A DNA stretch of 64,000 bases from the IMG/VR virus record IMGVR_UViG_3300031992_000044, one strand, 5' to 3'. This document shows, in pieces, positions 1 to 9,820 of the stretch. This DNA comes from a virus. How positions within the stretch are numbered: the stretch's first letter is position 1; each line of letters starts with the position of its first letter. The notes beneath the pieces are model-generated. The model searched no databases, was not told the DNA's origin, and worked only from the letters and a program-made list of their open reading frames with translations. Position numbers and translations under genes: made by a program.

Positions 1-1425
1 TTTCAAGACACCAAAGTAGTCATTGATTGCGTATTGATAGAATGCTTCGTACTCATCAGTCTCGAATTCTAGACGCGTAAGTTTTTCAACCTCGGCAATA
101 GCGTCTAAAATAGCCTGTTTAAAGCACTTTTTAGCCCTGTAGACGACACCATCGGTGTTACACTGAATAATTTCACACCCAAGGTCTAAAAGCCTGTCTA
201 CGAGCAAAAGAAGTATTAACTGGCCATTAATTCTTATCTTAAAGACATTGAAAGGATCATACATCCAACTTACTTCCTGCTGCATTTTACCAGTAGGAGA
301 ATTGAGCACAATCTTCAGAAACTTATTCTTTGTAGTCTGACCTGTACGTTTTGCTTCTAGTCTTTCGACTTTCAATCCGGCAAATAGATCGCAAAATAGT
401 TTTCTCAAGTGACGAGGTCCAAATTGATATTCTATCAATAAAGACGGGTACATCGACGCCACATCTGCGTGCCCTATAAACTCGTCATCAGCTGGGAGGA
501 ATATCTTTGGTGTATGAATAGTATGAATACCACCAACACCAATAGAATATACCACATTCGAGAGAACAAACTTCTTCTCGTAGCCTTTTCGCTCCTTAGA
601 GTAAACTACCTGTTTCTTCATTTCCTCTAAGACGCTCTGTAACTTTGGATTTTTATATGATATAAATGGCAGTATGACATCCTTCAATGGAATATAATCC
701 ATCGGGGAACGCATTTCCTTTATTACATTTTTAGGAATACCTGACTTCTCTGAATATTTTTCGAGTAGAAAGGTCTCTGCCATTTTAACAGAATCCATTG
801 ATAAACAATCAATTCCGTGTTCTTCTTGTATGAAGAGTCTGAGTTCTATGTCTTTCTTCAACCGGTTTAATAACTCTGTGGTTGATTCTACATCATTGAT
901 ATTATAGCCAATCATATTGTCTATTTGGTCTACTGGTATAGGCTCTTCGAAGTTTCCTTCATATTCATAGACATTACGATAATGCATTGTCACCTGCATG
1001 CTTTTAAGACCAACTCGTAGTTTCTGACTGAACATCATGGTTAGTAAGTCCATCGATTGAAAGTAATGTGCATACTTCCATCGTTTGAACTTATCTATAT
1101 TCCCATCTTCTGCATTCACAATAGTTTGTGAGAGATTAAACAGAGATAAGCATATTCTCCAAAATGGAAGTTGATCCATCTTGTAAAACATATCAATCAT
1201 ATAATTTACTATAACATCATCATAATGATGATTATTATATCCACAGAACATTTTGTCTTTGGAGTCATAGTAAAAGAAATCAACCAGTTGTTTTAGCTGG
1301 TTGACTCTCTCACTAATTTCGAATTTATATAATTGATTAGTCTCTGTATCTTTACACACGCAATGGAAGCAGTTGGGAAATACTTCTATGTCGTATGTTA
1401 CGACCGTTGCATTGCGTATAATCAT
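1..1425 (-). CDS. polB: Family B DNA polymerase, N-terminal ~475 codons (ATG at 1425; C-terminus lies beyond the window start)
   Basis: Absent from the ORF track because it runs off the edge. Hand translation from 1425 in one frame gives MIIRNATVVTYDIEV (ExoI DxE), GYNNHHYDD (ExoII-like), ADVASMYPSLL (motif A DxxSLYPS), KIVLNSPTGKM (motif B) and CNTDGVVY (motif C). Confidence 0.85.
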   Translation of the reverse strand, partial: MIIRNATVVTYDIEVFPNCFHCVCKDTETNQLYKFEISERVNQLKQLVDFFYYDSKDKMFCGYNNHHYDDVIVNYMIDMFYKMDQLPFWRICLSLFNLSQTIVNAEDGNIDKFKRWKYAHYFQSMDLLTMMFSQKLRVGLKSMQVTMHYRNVYEYEGNFEEPIPVDQIDNMIGYNINDVESTTELLNRLKKDIELRLFIQEEHGIDCLSMDSVKMAETFLLEKYSEKSGIPKNVIKEMRSPMDYIPLKDVILPFISYKNPKLQSVLEEMKKQVVYSKERKGYEKKFVLSNVVYSIGVGGIHTIHTPKIFLPADDEFIGHADVASMYPSLLIEYQFGPRHLRKLFCDLFAGLKVERLEAKRTGQTTKNKFLKIVLNSPTGKMQQEVSWMYDPFNVFKIRINGQLILLLLVDRLLDLGCEIIQCNTDGVVYRAKKCFKQAILDAIAEVEKLTRLEFETDEYEAFYQYAINDYFGVLK

Positions 1426-1450
1426 GACTCAAAGGTTCTAAAGATTAATT

Positions 1451-1501
1451 GCGTACACCGAGGAATCGAACCTCTCTCCGTTTCTGGTTAACGAAGAACC
1501 A
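1451..1501 (-). other. tRNA-like fragment: T-arm plus anticodon-like hairpin, no acceptor or D arm found
   Basis: Minus-sense AGAGG-TTCGATT-CCTCG lies at 1459-1475 and TGGTT-CTTCGTT-AACCA at 1485-1501. I could not pair any 5' acceptor strand with the 3' flank GTGTACG. Confidence 0.3.
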
Positions 1502-1571
1502 TCCTAACGTCTATTGTGTTGGATATGATAGCTTGCTGTAATGTTATTGACTCTGGTGGTGTACTAATCAC

Positions 1572-2360
1572 TTATGCTGCTTTACGCATCATCATGAGAT
1601 TTGTAGGGAGTATAATTCGTCCCTTTGTTCCTTTATGGTCTTTTAGATTAGTAGACACAAGATTCATATGTTTTGCATGAATTGTGTCTGTGACCATTTG
1701 GGCTTTCTTAAGTAGCTTAGACTTCTTACTGAGGTCATTTACGTTATGCCCTTCTCCGTTGATGTCTTTTATAGTAGCTACTTCTTTTTCTTCGAACTTC
1801 CCATCAGCCGTCTTAAAACGACCAATGAGATGTAATTTGTCGTATGCAGAGACTACCATATCTCTGAATCGTTCTACAGCCTTATCGTGTTCTTCTTGCC
1901 AAGCAACCTGATATTCGACTTTGAATAAGTCGTCATCTTGGCACGGCTTCGGGTTCTTCTTCTCCCACTTAGCCGTTTTATGTTCGACAATCTTTTCCCA
2001 AAAGGAAACTCTACTCATTGGTATAGGATCCTTATGGAAGTATTCTGACTCATGCTTTACAAGCTTATGTTCTGTAGCCCAACCTTTCTCCTTAGAGAAT
2101 GTTGATATATACTCCCACTTCTTACGCGAATGAAGTAGACGATGTGGCTGTTTTGTTTTCTCCTGTTTCCAGGGTTTTGCATCCTGTACATAGTGCACAT
2201 CATTCTTACCAAAGATGACCTTCTTTAACATCTTAATGTCAAAGATCGGTTTATCTTTAGGCATGTTGTTAACGCAATCGTTAACGTTCCTGGATGCAAT
2301 AATTGCACGCTTTTTGTTGCGCAGTTTTACCTCGCGCTGTTTGCTCTTTGATAGTACCAT
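1572..2360 (-). CDS. Hypothetical Lys-rich basic protein (262 aa)
   Basis: ORF-track ORF with a TAA stop, tightly packed after the upstream gene. C-terminus is ...RKAA. Confidence 0.7.
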   Translation of the reverse strand: MVLSKSKQREVKLRNKKRAIIASRNVNDCVNNMPKDKPIFDIKMLKKVIFGKNDVHYVQDAKPWKQEKTKQPHRLLHSRKKWEYISTFSKEKGWATEHKLVKHESEYFHKDPIPMSRVSFWEKIVEHKTAKWEKKNPKPCQDDDLFKVEYQVAWQEEHDKAVERFRDMVVSAYDKLHLIGRFKTADGKFEEKEVATIKDINGEGHNVNDLSKKSKLLKKAQMVTDTIHAKHMNLVSTNLKDHKGTKGRIILPTNLMMMRKAA

Positions 2361-2374
2361 AGTTCACCTCCTTT

Positions 2375-3094
2375 CTATGCAGCTTTTTTGAGGCTCGTAG
2401 AGGCCTTTTTAGAGCCCGTAGAGCGCTTTGTTTTCTGCAGGTGGATAACATTAGCCTTGCGATCTTTCTTGGCCTTAGCGAGGCGTTCTCGCTTTGCTGT
2501 AAATGCAGTTTTTTTGCTACGTTTCGTGCGATTCGTATTACGTGACACATTGGCAAACTTACGACGTTCCTTAGCTGCTTTCTTAGCTTCTGCCGTATTG
2601 TTTGAAGGCTTCTTCACCTTAATAGGCTCTGATTTAGGAAGTACAGATTCGAACTTCTTAGCGTACGGGTGGATACTAGCAAATGTCCCTATTGTTTCAC
2701 GAACTTTTGCCAATACTGACTGATCACCTTCTATCAGTGCCCAGCTGAATGTCTCCTTCTTCTTAGTAAGAATAAGAAGTTTACAGTTAATCTTAGCATT
2801 CTTCAGGGCCTGTACTGCCATGTCTTCCATTCCTGAATGGAATATTACATGTATACTATACTGATTAGGCTCCTTGAGCTGCTTCTTCAGCTTTTCTACG
2901 CACTCGTTAATCTGTTCTTCAGACATACCCATTCGCTTTGCACGACGCTTAAGAGCATTTACACGACGGTTCTCGTATTCCTGCTCCTTTGCTTTACGAA
3001 TCTCTTCCTTAGACTTTATAGTCTTTACCTTACCTGTTGGTACTTTTGTGGCCTGACCATTCTTGGTAGTTTCCACAGATGTATTTTTATTCAT
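2375..3094 (-). CDS. Hypothetical highly basic K/R-rich protein (239 aa)
   Basis: ORF-track ORF. ATG is preceded by the recurrent leader TTATCAAA-ATG. It ends in TAG used as a stop; readthrough would run over the next gene's start. C-terminus is ...LKKAA. Confidence 0.75.
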   Translation of the reverse strand: MNKNTSVETTKNGQATKVPTGKVKTIKSKEEIRKAKEQEYENRRVNALKRRAKRMGMSEEQINECVEKLKKQLKEPNQYSIHVIFHSGMEDMAVQALKNAKINCKLLILTKKKETFSWALIEGDQSVLAKVRETIGTFASIHPYAKKFESVLPKSEPIKVKKPSNNTAEAKKAAKERRKFANVSRNTNRTKRSKKTAFTAKRERLAKAKKDRKANVIHLQKTKRSTGSKKASTSLKKAA

Positions 3095-3119
3095 TTTGAT
3101 AATGCTTTATTAGTTAATA

Positions 3120-3494
3120 TTATGCTACTTTTTTGTAGCGAATCAGACCCGTTGCTTCCGGATCCCATTCATAGCGAACACCTCGCATATAGAACCCTGC
3201 TATTTTACGTGCAGGCATAGACGTTACTTTTGCATGCACAACAGGTGCTGTCTTCTCCTTCTTTGGTTGGATGACTATATCTATGTGGTTCACATTGAAA
3301 CGCTGTTTCATTTCTTCACGTGTAAATGTAGTACGCTTACGGTATATCTTTATTTTTACGTACTTCTGCTTTTCAGCATCCCATACACGTTTTGTTCTAT
3401 ATTGACACGAGGTTTTAGCTCGACGTTCTTTTCTTTCTTTTTCACCGCCGAAGAACTGAGTCTTCTTTAAAGTGGATAAATTCTCTTTTGCCAT
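3120..3494 (-). CDS. Hypothetical basic protein (124 aa)
   Basis: ORF-track ORF with the TTATCAAA-ATG leader and a TAA stop. Confidence 0.7.
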   Translation of the reverse strand: MAKENLSTLKKTQFFGGEKERKERRAKTSCQYRTKRVWDAEKQKYVKIKIYRKRTTFTREEMKQRFNVNHIDIVIQPKKEKTAPVVHAKVTSMPARKIAGFYMRGVRYEWDPEATGLIRYKKVA

Positions 3495-3543
3495 TTTGAT
3501 AACAGTTTAGAGGGTTTGACATATTTTTGGGAAAATACATTTG

Positions 3544-3614
3544 TTGGGTCACACGGATTCGAACCATGACTAAGGGAACCAAAATCCCTTGTGCCGCCAT
3601 TACACCATAACCCA
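3544..3614 (-). tRNA. tRNA-Gln (anticodon UUG)
   Basis: Hand fold: TGGGTTA/TGACCCA acceptor (U1-A72), D arm GTGT-AATGGCG-GCAC, anticodon arm AGGGA-TTTTGGT-TCCCT, T arm CATGG-TTCGAAT-CCGTG. Confidence 0.85.
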
Positions 3615-3621
3615 GAGTTGC

Positions 3622-4164
3622 TTATATAGCAAGCTCAGCTTTAAACTCATCCGCAACAGAAGTAATCTCAATACTTGTATTAGTATTAAACTCCTCCATA
3701 GCAGCATCGAAGTTCACCGCTTTAAGCTGCAACTCCTTAATGAGAGAAGCAATCTTAGCTGAGGTAAACACCTCATCCTTACCCATCTTAGATGCGCCAC
3801 CCTTCTTCGACTTAGTAGCCGGATCCAAAGTAGGAACCATCTTAAGCTGAGCAATAGCCTCCTTCATCTCGGTGGCCATAAAAATATTATAATTATTTGT
3901 CTTCTTAAACTTCTCCTTATCGAAAGTAGTCTCACCCATATTCAGATAGAAGAGCATACCCTTGATAAGCACAAGCTTCTCTGACATCTGCATAATCTCA
4001 TTATACAGAGCCTTGAGGTCATACTTACGGAAACCGTTCTTAACCTCCTTCGTGGACAACAAGTTGGTTGTTCGGATCTGCATCCAATTATCCTTCTTTT
4101 TCTTATCGATGTCCTTACGAATATTAATGATGTTCTTAGAGTTAAACTTTATTGATTTCGTCAT
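3622..4164 (-). CDS. Hypothetical protein (180 aa)
   Basis: ORF-track ORF with a TAA stop 8 nt before the tRNA-Gln 5' end. Confidence 0.75.
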   Translation of the reverse strand: MTKSIKFNSKNIINIRKDIDKKKKDNWMQIRTTNLLSTKEVKNGFRKYDLKALYNEIMQMSEKLVLIKGMLFYLNMGETTFDKEKFKKTNNYNIFMATEMKEAIAQLKMVPTLDPATKSKKGGASKMGKDEVFTSAKIASLIKELQLKAVNFDAAMEEFNTNTSIEITSVADEFKAELAI

Positions 4165-4244
4165 ACGCGTCTTGATTTAAGTTTATACTATACTTGAGAA
4201 CATCTGCCTACGTAATCTATGGTGGATACGATCCCCCATAAACT

Positions 4245-4287
4245 AAAAAGTATCCTAGGTAGAGCAGTCCCTCAAGACTACTCTACC
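4245..4287 (-). terminator. Candidate terminator hairpin downstream of 4415..5008
   Basis: Minus-sense GGTAGAG-(AGTC..GACT)-CTCTACC extended hairpin. A T5 run follows, but 8 nt away from the stem. Confidence 0.4.
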
Positions 4288-4414
4288 AGACTCCCTCGAG
4301 AGTCATATAGGATAAGATATTGTTGCTTTCTTTTATGCTTCTTTTTGTGTATAATACATATTGCGATAGTTTTCAATCAGTGACCCCACGAGGTATGATT
4401 TAATCTCTTCGAGA

Positions 4415-5008
4415 TTAGTTTTCTTCTATTACAGTATGTACACCAACAACGCCAAGTTCGCACTCCAGAAATGCTTTTCCAGTTGCATCAGGAAAACGCA
4501 CCGTTTTGTGAGTTTTTCCATCTATGTTGACATTAACATTCACAGGATTGTTGACCGGTACAGCAACACGAGCTACGCTCGGGCCCGACTTCCCCAGGGA
4601 TCCCTCGAGATCCGCTCCACCCTTGTTATTACATACATGATCATAACATTCCTGTAGACGCTTTACAACCCAGTTGTACTCTTTCTCACGCTGTGACTTT
4701 TCCATCAGTTCGCGTCCAAGCCCTTTTTGTAGGGCTTCCTTATTACCTCCTGCAGAGAGGTCCACCAATGCATCCCATACAGCCGAAACGAATGCATGGA
4801 ATGTTAGTGGGAATTGACATTTGATAAGGCGATTCCACCACCAATACCTGGTTTCACCAAGCACTACGATACCAGAATCATGTACCTTATATGTCACATA
4901 GGGTCTACCCTCCTCTCCCGCAGACATTACTTTATTACGAATCGTCTCGTTGAGCATCAATCGCTCAATGTTCAACTTCGAATCCGGTGTGAGGAGTTTC
5001 TTCTTCAT
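4415..5008 (-). CDS. Hypothetical protein (197 aa)
   Basis: ORF-track ORF with a TAA stop. Its start lies 3 nt after the stop of 5011..5679. Confidence 0.75.
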   Translation of the reverse strand: MKKKLLTPDSKLNIERLMLNETIRNKVMSAGEEGRPYVTYKVHDSGIVVLGETRYWWWNRLIKCQFPLTFHAFVSAVWDALVDLSAGGNKEALQKGLGRELMEKSQREKEYNWVVKRLQECYDHVCNNKGGADLEGSLGKSGPSVARVAVPVNNPVNVNVNIDGKTHKTVRFPDATGKAFLECELGVVGVHTVIEEN

Positions 5009-5010
5009 GG

Positions 5011-5679
5011 TTACTCAGCGCCGCTAGTAGCCGATACTTCAACCATAGCACTCACGTCACCCTTCAGGATGTCACGGAAGTCTACGGTCTCTATCTTGGT
5101 CTCCTGGAGCTCCTTGGCGAACTTCTGAGCCTTCTTGGTGTTGTCATTGATGGCACCAATCAGATTCTGCTTAATACTATTCAAAGCCTTAATAAGGGCC
5201 TCAACAGCGTTGAGCTCTGACTTGTTGGCATCGTTGATAACAGTAGCTACTGCTACGGGGTTGAGGAAGAAATTCTCGCCTTCACCCTTGAGGGCGTCAG
5301 CTATTGCCTCGGGAGTACCCTTCACCAGGTTGAATATGTCCTTGTTGAGGGGGAAGAACTGATCGAATGTTCCGTCCTGACGGAGGTTGATTGCGATACC
5401 CATCTCACCAGTGACAGGACGCTGATAATACTGAGCGCCGAAGATATCGACGTCCTTCAGCATATACTTGTTAATCTTGCGGTTGGGGATCAACATGGTG
5501 GAGAGACCGTTACGAACTTTCTCGTTGTCGGCATCCCAGCCCTGATCGCCACCCTGCCAGGTGTTACGAGATTCTACCTTGTGGTAAGCCTGGCCTACCA
5601 ACGAACCAACCATAGATCCGATGCCGCGACTTGTAGGAATTGCAGCCTGGATATTAATGTCAATGTTTTTTGTTTCCAT
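5011..5679 (-). CDS. Hypothetical protein (222 aa)
   Basis: ORF-track ORF with GC3-rich codons, suggesting good expression. TAA stop. Confidence 0.8.
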   Translation of the reverse strand: METKNIDINIQAAIPTSRGIGSMVGSLVGQAYHKVESRNTWQGGDQGWDADNEKVRNGLSTMLIPNRKINKYMLKDVDIFGAQYYQRPVTGEMGIAINLRQDGTFDQFFPLNKDIFNLVKGTPEAIADALKGEGENFFLNPVAVATVINDANKSELNAVEALIKALNSIKQNLIGAINDNTKKAQKFAKELQETKIETVDFRDILKGDVSAMVEVSATSGAE

Positions 5680-7795
5680 TTTTTTTCTTATCCTTTTTGA
5701 TATCGTTATTGATTAACTAACGATAAGAATTAATATTTCCTCCACTTATGGCGGGAGGGTAACCTTTGAGTTTGAAAATGTGGCGTTCTGGCTCAAAGGC
5801 TCTACGAACGTTTATCTTTAGATCTTTTAATGTTAATATCTTTATGCGTGCTCACGAGAGCAATCTTTTTTCATCCAATAGGATCTTCCAGCTAGATAAA
5901 TTACGTAGCACGAACACTATTTCATTTATCGGGGACTCAGCGATAGAGTCAGCCATGCCCATCATTAGAAGATTGTTGTATTTTCTGTAAAAGTACAAAA
6001 AGTGATATATTGTAACCAAACATAAGATCCATTGAGATTATGTTAATAAATAATTTACATGCACTGAATGTTTTCAACACTATTCGTTGGCAGCATTTCA
6101 CAAGGACTACTGTTCGTAGAATATGCTTACTAAACCCAGCGGCATTTAACCAACAAAAATTGTGTAATTCTTCCTAGCGTATTTTCCCGTTTTGCTTGGA
6201 ATCCTTACCATGTTTCTGAATATTTAACGAGACTAACAGCAACATTAACGTTCTCGTCCACGCTCAGCATAAGGCATCTCATGCGTAGACATGTTTTATT
6301 ATCGGAATGGTCTAGAGCTCCAGAACTCATTATGGACCTACGGTTTTTTGTTGTACATTCAGCTTTACTGCTGTCTTCTGTTTATAGTGCGCGAATACTG
6401 GAGGAATTCCACCTCATACGCTATAAGATTTATCACCCACCTAAAGATTCACTTTGTCGAACTCTCCTTCAATTTCCTCAAAAGGTATGGATCTCCGGTT
6501 TGCTTTACCCCTCCGAGACAGGGAGGTGATTTCATTTCACGATAGGCTGCCTTACATCGTTTACGTATATTGACTTTATACTTTCTACCCACATAGATTT
6601 GCTGTCTATGCTTCGCTTCGTTGCGTATTCTGTCTACTTGCTTCTCAGGAACGGTTGGCACTCGATTTCTTGGCGTGAAAGCACCCACAAGCGTTACAAA
6701 CGGGGTCTTTATCTTCTCCCAGCCAAGGGACATCTATTAGATTTAACAATATATTTAATGTAACGATATTTTCATAAGCCTTATCTTAGAATCAAGTTAT
6801 GCCGCACATAAGTTTACTACTCTCACTGATATAGTATAACAGGTTCAGGTCTTATTATCTTTTGCATTACACGAGCGATCTCCTTCTGTACTGGATGTAC
6901 AGTTCTCGAATCGACCCTATCTCACTATAAAATAACTTGGGTTTGACTGTCAGGTTGTCATCCTTCGACTCCAGCATTTCCTCTGGTACATCTCCAATCT
7001 ATATTACTTAACTATCGCTTATCATAGTCTTTCATACCTTTTGAATAGTCTTTCACCCCGGACTTCACTCGGGTAGCATTCAGTCCTCTAGGACTATACT
7101 CCGCATTATGTGGCGCATCCACATGTGGTCATTTACTTTTAGCACGAATCAATTCCACGTGTCTTATACCGCTTGAACGACCAAAGCCTGGCGGTCACCT
7201 TCATCATATTTTTCTCAGTACCCCATCCCCGGCACCCCTTCAACGGAGTCGTGCTGAATCGAACAGCAAGGACTTCTCCAAGGAACGTAGTTACGGTACG
7301 TCGCAGACAGTTAAACCTTCTGCTAGGCTCATATACTCCAGTAGTTTTCATCCCTTCATACACGCTGTGGAGGCGTGGAACACTAGACTACAGCTTAATT
7401 TGTGATACATCCGTATACTCTTTGGATTAGTATACGCTGCAACTCGTGTAACGTGATTCTAGGTCTATGTAATCTCTCGAAACCTAGATCTATCGATACG
7501 GTTCGTTTTGCGCTTCTTGCGACTTATGTGTCTTCTCTTGACTACCCTCACCAGACGGTTCTCAGGGACCAGAATAGGGTTGATACAACGCTCTCCCTAA
7601 TATCCACAAGCTTTTCACACTTGCGATCTTCCATCCTACCTTTTGAGTTTCTCACCCGTTGAGCGGGCTAACATATTCTCGGATCAAGTAAATTTGCGTA
7701 CACGGCTAATGAGACCGTTGCCTTAGCTGTACTGACGTGCTGCCAAACTGGCTGGGGGATACAGGCAGTGTCCCATATCCCCCGCACCGGAGTGA
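5680..7795. ncRNA. ORF-free, hairpin-dense block (2.1 kb); candidate structured noncoding RNA(s)
   Basis: Only short scattered ORFs in all six frames. In the parts I checked (6961-7140 for TAA and TGA; 7061-7800 for TAA only) no minus-sense frame stays open for long. Two sampled 120-nt windows (7181-7300, 7541-7660) are 53% and 47% GC by my count. Many perfect hairpins, for example CGTATAC..GTATACG at 7411-7437. Shares motifs with the other ORF-free blocks. Confidence 0.35.
7245..7268 (-). other. Isolated tRNA T-arm-like module inside the ORF-free block
   Basis: Minus-sense TGCTG-TTCGATT-CAGCA (7252-7268) followed by CGACTCC. GGAG occurs just 5' of the arm. No canonical D or anticodon arms found. 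Confidence 0.3.
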
Positions 7796-8254
7796 TTATC
7801 GCTTATAGACTTCCTCACCGTCGACAATGAGGATAATGGACTCTTTAGGAGATCCAATAGTGTCTGCGGGATTCTCCTCTCGACCCGCACCGAAGTTGTT
7901 TACAACAGGTGGATCAGGTAAGATAGCTGGAATGCTATCGCCTAAACGTTTCTCTGTTGCACGTGCAGGCTTCGGCGCCCGTACGTATTTTATTTTATAC
8001 ACAATACTGTCTCTATAAACAGTATCGGGTACTGTAGTATTGCCAAGACATTCTTGACAAGTAGTATCTTTCTCCAAATTCAATTGGAGATCAAGAGGCA
8101 GCTTTCCGTACTTATTTGGAGCCCAATTAAGTACAGGTGCTGCGCTCGCAGACTTATAGTCTGTGCTATCGTCATGCGAGGGCGCGTATATGGCCAATCC
8201 AGTTCCGCCAATGGCAAATAGGATGGCGCATATAATGGTTGTTATATGTCTCAT
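7796..8254 (-). CDS. Hypothetical protein with N-terminal signal/TM segment (152 aa)
   Basis: ORF-track ORF with N-terminus MRHITTIICAILFAIGGTGLAIYA and a TAA stop. Confidence 0.7.
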   Translation of the reverse strand: MRHITTIICAILFAIGGTGLAIYAPSHDDSTDYKSASAAPVLNWAPNKYGKLPLDLQLNLEKDTTCQECLGNTTVPDTVYRDSIVYKIKYVRAPKPARATEKRLGDSIPAILPDPPVVNNFGAGREENPADTIGSPKESIILIVDGEEVYKR

Positions 8255-8295
8255 CTTTGATAGAATTAACTTTACAACTCTGTTTGCAGGAGTTT

Positions 8296-8350
8296 GTCCA
8301 GCAATGACCTTGTTTTACTTCCGAAGCGCACTAAGTACCCATTGCTGGAC
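8296..8350. other. 11-bp perfect inverted repeat (intergenic stem-loop)
   Basis: GTCCAGCAATG (8296-8306) pairs with CATTGCTGGAC (8340-8350). It lies between the stop of 8352..9761 and the start of 7796..8254. Confidence 0.5.
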
Positions 8351-8351
8351 T

Positions 8352-9761
8352 TTAGGCGTTTTTTTCTTCTTCAGCTTTCTCCTCAGGCTTTGCAACAATC
8401 TTTAGCTCACCGATGTTTGCCTCAGAATAGTTGTTGTTCTTAGCAAGAGGACCACGGAACAAGTTCAGGATCACACCACCACGCTGTGCACAATTGTGAA
8501 GAAGAGAATCTTCGTCTACAGTTGCTACATCAACACCTTTGTGGTATGTGTCCATAATGTTGCGCACAAGGCGACGTGCTGACTTATAACTCTCGCTGTT
8601 CTCGTCTTCAGACTTGTAGCCGTCCTTTAGACTGTCAACAATGTCAAACGACGGATTGTTAACAATGTCGAGAATCTGTTGCTGTTTCACGATCTTGTCT
8701 TCACAAGCCTTGATGACAGTTTCAGCAGCCTTCTTGTGACTTACATCACCTTTACGCTTCTCAATAGCGCGCTTCTGTTCTGCGATTGTCTGGTTTGCAC
8801 CATTGATCACAGAGTTGCAGGTCCAGGTAATGATAGTCTTGACGATATCAGCGATAAACTGGTCGTCATGATCCACGACGCCGGTCTTATTGTTGGTAGC
8901 GGCTCGGCGATGAAGGCAAAAGGCAGAGATTGGACTCCCTGTCTGAGCAGTCTGACCACAATAGATCTTACCTATGCCGCTGAAGATAAACGGGGAATCT
9001 CCTACAACTTCGGTAATGCTCTTCAGGATGTCTATCCTTGAAGTATTGTTGATCTTCTCGAGTTCTGCGTTCTTCTCTTCTTCTTTCTCAATCTTGTTAG
9101 CCTGAATCTTCAGGTAAGACTGATAGAAGTTGATTGCACGCTGAATACGCTTGTCTGGAGTATCCAGAACACTCGTCAGAAGAGCAACGAGAGCATCATG
9201 AAGCTGCTTCTCATTCTCGATCTTCGTTGGATCGGTAATGGCTTTCTCCGCGGATTTCAGTTCCTTCTTCTTCTGCTCAACGACCTTTTCGTCGACGTCT
9301 TTGGCGTCTACGTTAATCACACGTGTCTGTGCAGGGAGAAGCTTGATGCCCTGAGCCTCAAGTTCTTCTTCTGACGGCTGTGGCAGAGCATTAAAGTCGG
9401 GCAGTGCGATTCCCATATTGGCCAACAGGAGACGAGTCTGTGCATACTTCTCCTCATCGGTACCGATGATGCGCGACACAAGACTGTGACCCTGTGCGAT
9501 GTCAGTGACAATGGCGTCAGCCATATATGCATCACGGAGAGCCATACTGTTCTCCTTGATGTCACCGTTAACATTGTTACCGTGCAGCCATTCGTCGTTA
9601 ATAAGACGTGCCATGGTAACTTTGCTATCAAGAGACATGCGATCTACCTTCTTGTTGGGATCTGCTGTTACTTTTGTCTCTTGAGCGCTGCTGCTGGGAG
9701 CAGCATTTTCATTCTTCTTTTCAGCAGCAATCTCGGCTGCTGTCTTTTGTTTCTTTGACAT
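8352..9761 (-). CDS. Hypothetical protein (469 aa)
   Basis: ORF-track ORF 8352..9800. The first M of the track is GTG. The ATG at 9761 carries the TTATCAAA-ATG leader, so I prefer it as the start. Confidence 0.8.
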   Translation of the reverse strand: MSKKQKTAAEIAAEKKNENAAPSSSAQETKVTADPNKKVDRMSLDSKVTMARLINDEWLHGNNVNGDIKENSMALRDAYMADAIVTDIAQGHSLVSRIIGTDEEKYAQTRLLLANMGIALPDFNALPQPSEEELEAQGIKLLPAQTRVINVDAKDVDEKVVEQKKKELKSAEKAITDPTKIENEKQLHDALVALLTSVLDTPDKRIQRAINFYQSYLKIQANKIEKEEEKNAELEKINNTSRIDILKSITEVVGDSPFIFSGIGKIYCGQTAQTGSPISAFCLHRRAATNNKTGVVDHDDQFIADIVKTIITWTCNSVINGANQTIAEQKRAIEKRKGDVSHKKAAETVIKACEDKIVKQQQILDIVNNPSFDIVDSLKDGYKSEDENSESYKSARRLVRNIMDTYHKGVDVATVDEDSLLHNCAQRGGVILNLFRGPLAKNNNYSEANIGELKIVAKPEEKAEEEKNA

Positions 9762-9820
9762 TTTGATAATGTTATTTAAATTAATACTTGTTTTACTCAC
9801 TCACCAATTCATATATACCT

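Noticed and set aside
6449-6733. Track ORFs inside the ORF-free blocks (6449..6733, 7139..7363, 7173..7430, 7402..7662, 21438..21734, 18071..18259)
   Set aside because: They are short, overlap one another on both strands, lack the leaders seen at real genes, have odd composition, and in two cases run through terminators or a tRNA.
6229-7392. Group I intron-like R/S box fragments (GAGACTAA at 6229, TAGACTACA at 7384, TATAGTCC minus-sense at 7092-7101)
   Set aside because: The pieces are on different strands or in the wrong order and spacing to form P7. The flanking ORFs are complete genes, not split exons.
7755-7795. GUGCG (minus-sense, 7786-7782) right after a gene stop, resembling a group II intron 5' end
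   Set aside because: The pentamer is part of an 8-bp hairpin stem. I found no domain V-like AGC...GNRA...hairpin, no bulged-A domain VI and no reverse transcriptase ORF in the block.
5680-7795. The ORF-free blocks might be genes so rich in TAG (or with TGA also recoded) that the track misses them
   Set aside because: I listed TAA triplets by frame over 7061-7800, TAA and TGA together over 6961-7140, and TAA/TGA over 22741-22920. TAA recurs in every minus-sense frame of 7061-7800, and TAA/TGA hit every frame of 22741-22920. The longest TAA-free stretch is about 430 nt and does not read like protein. This was not an exhaustive check of every block.
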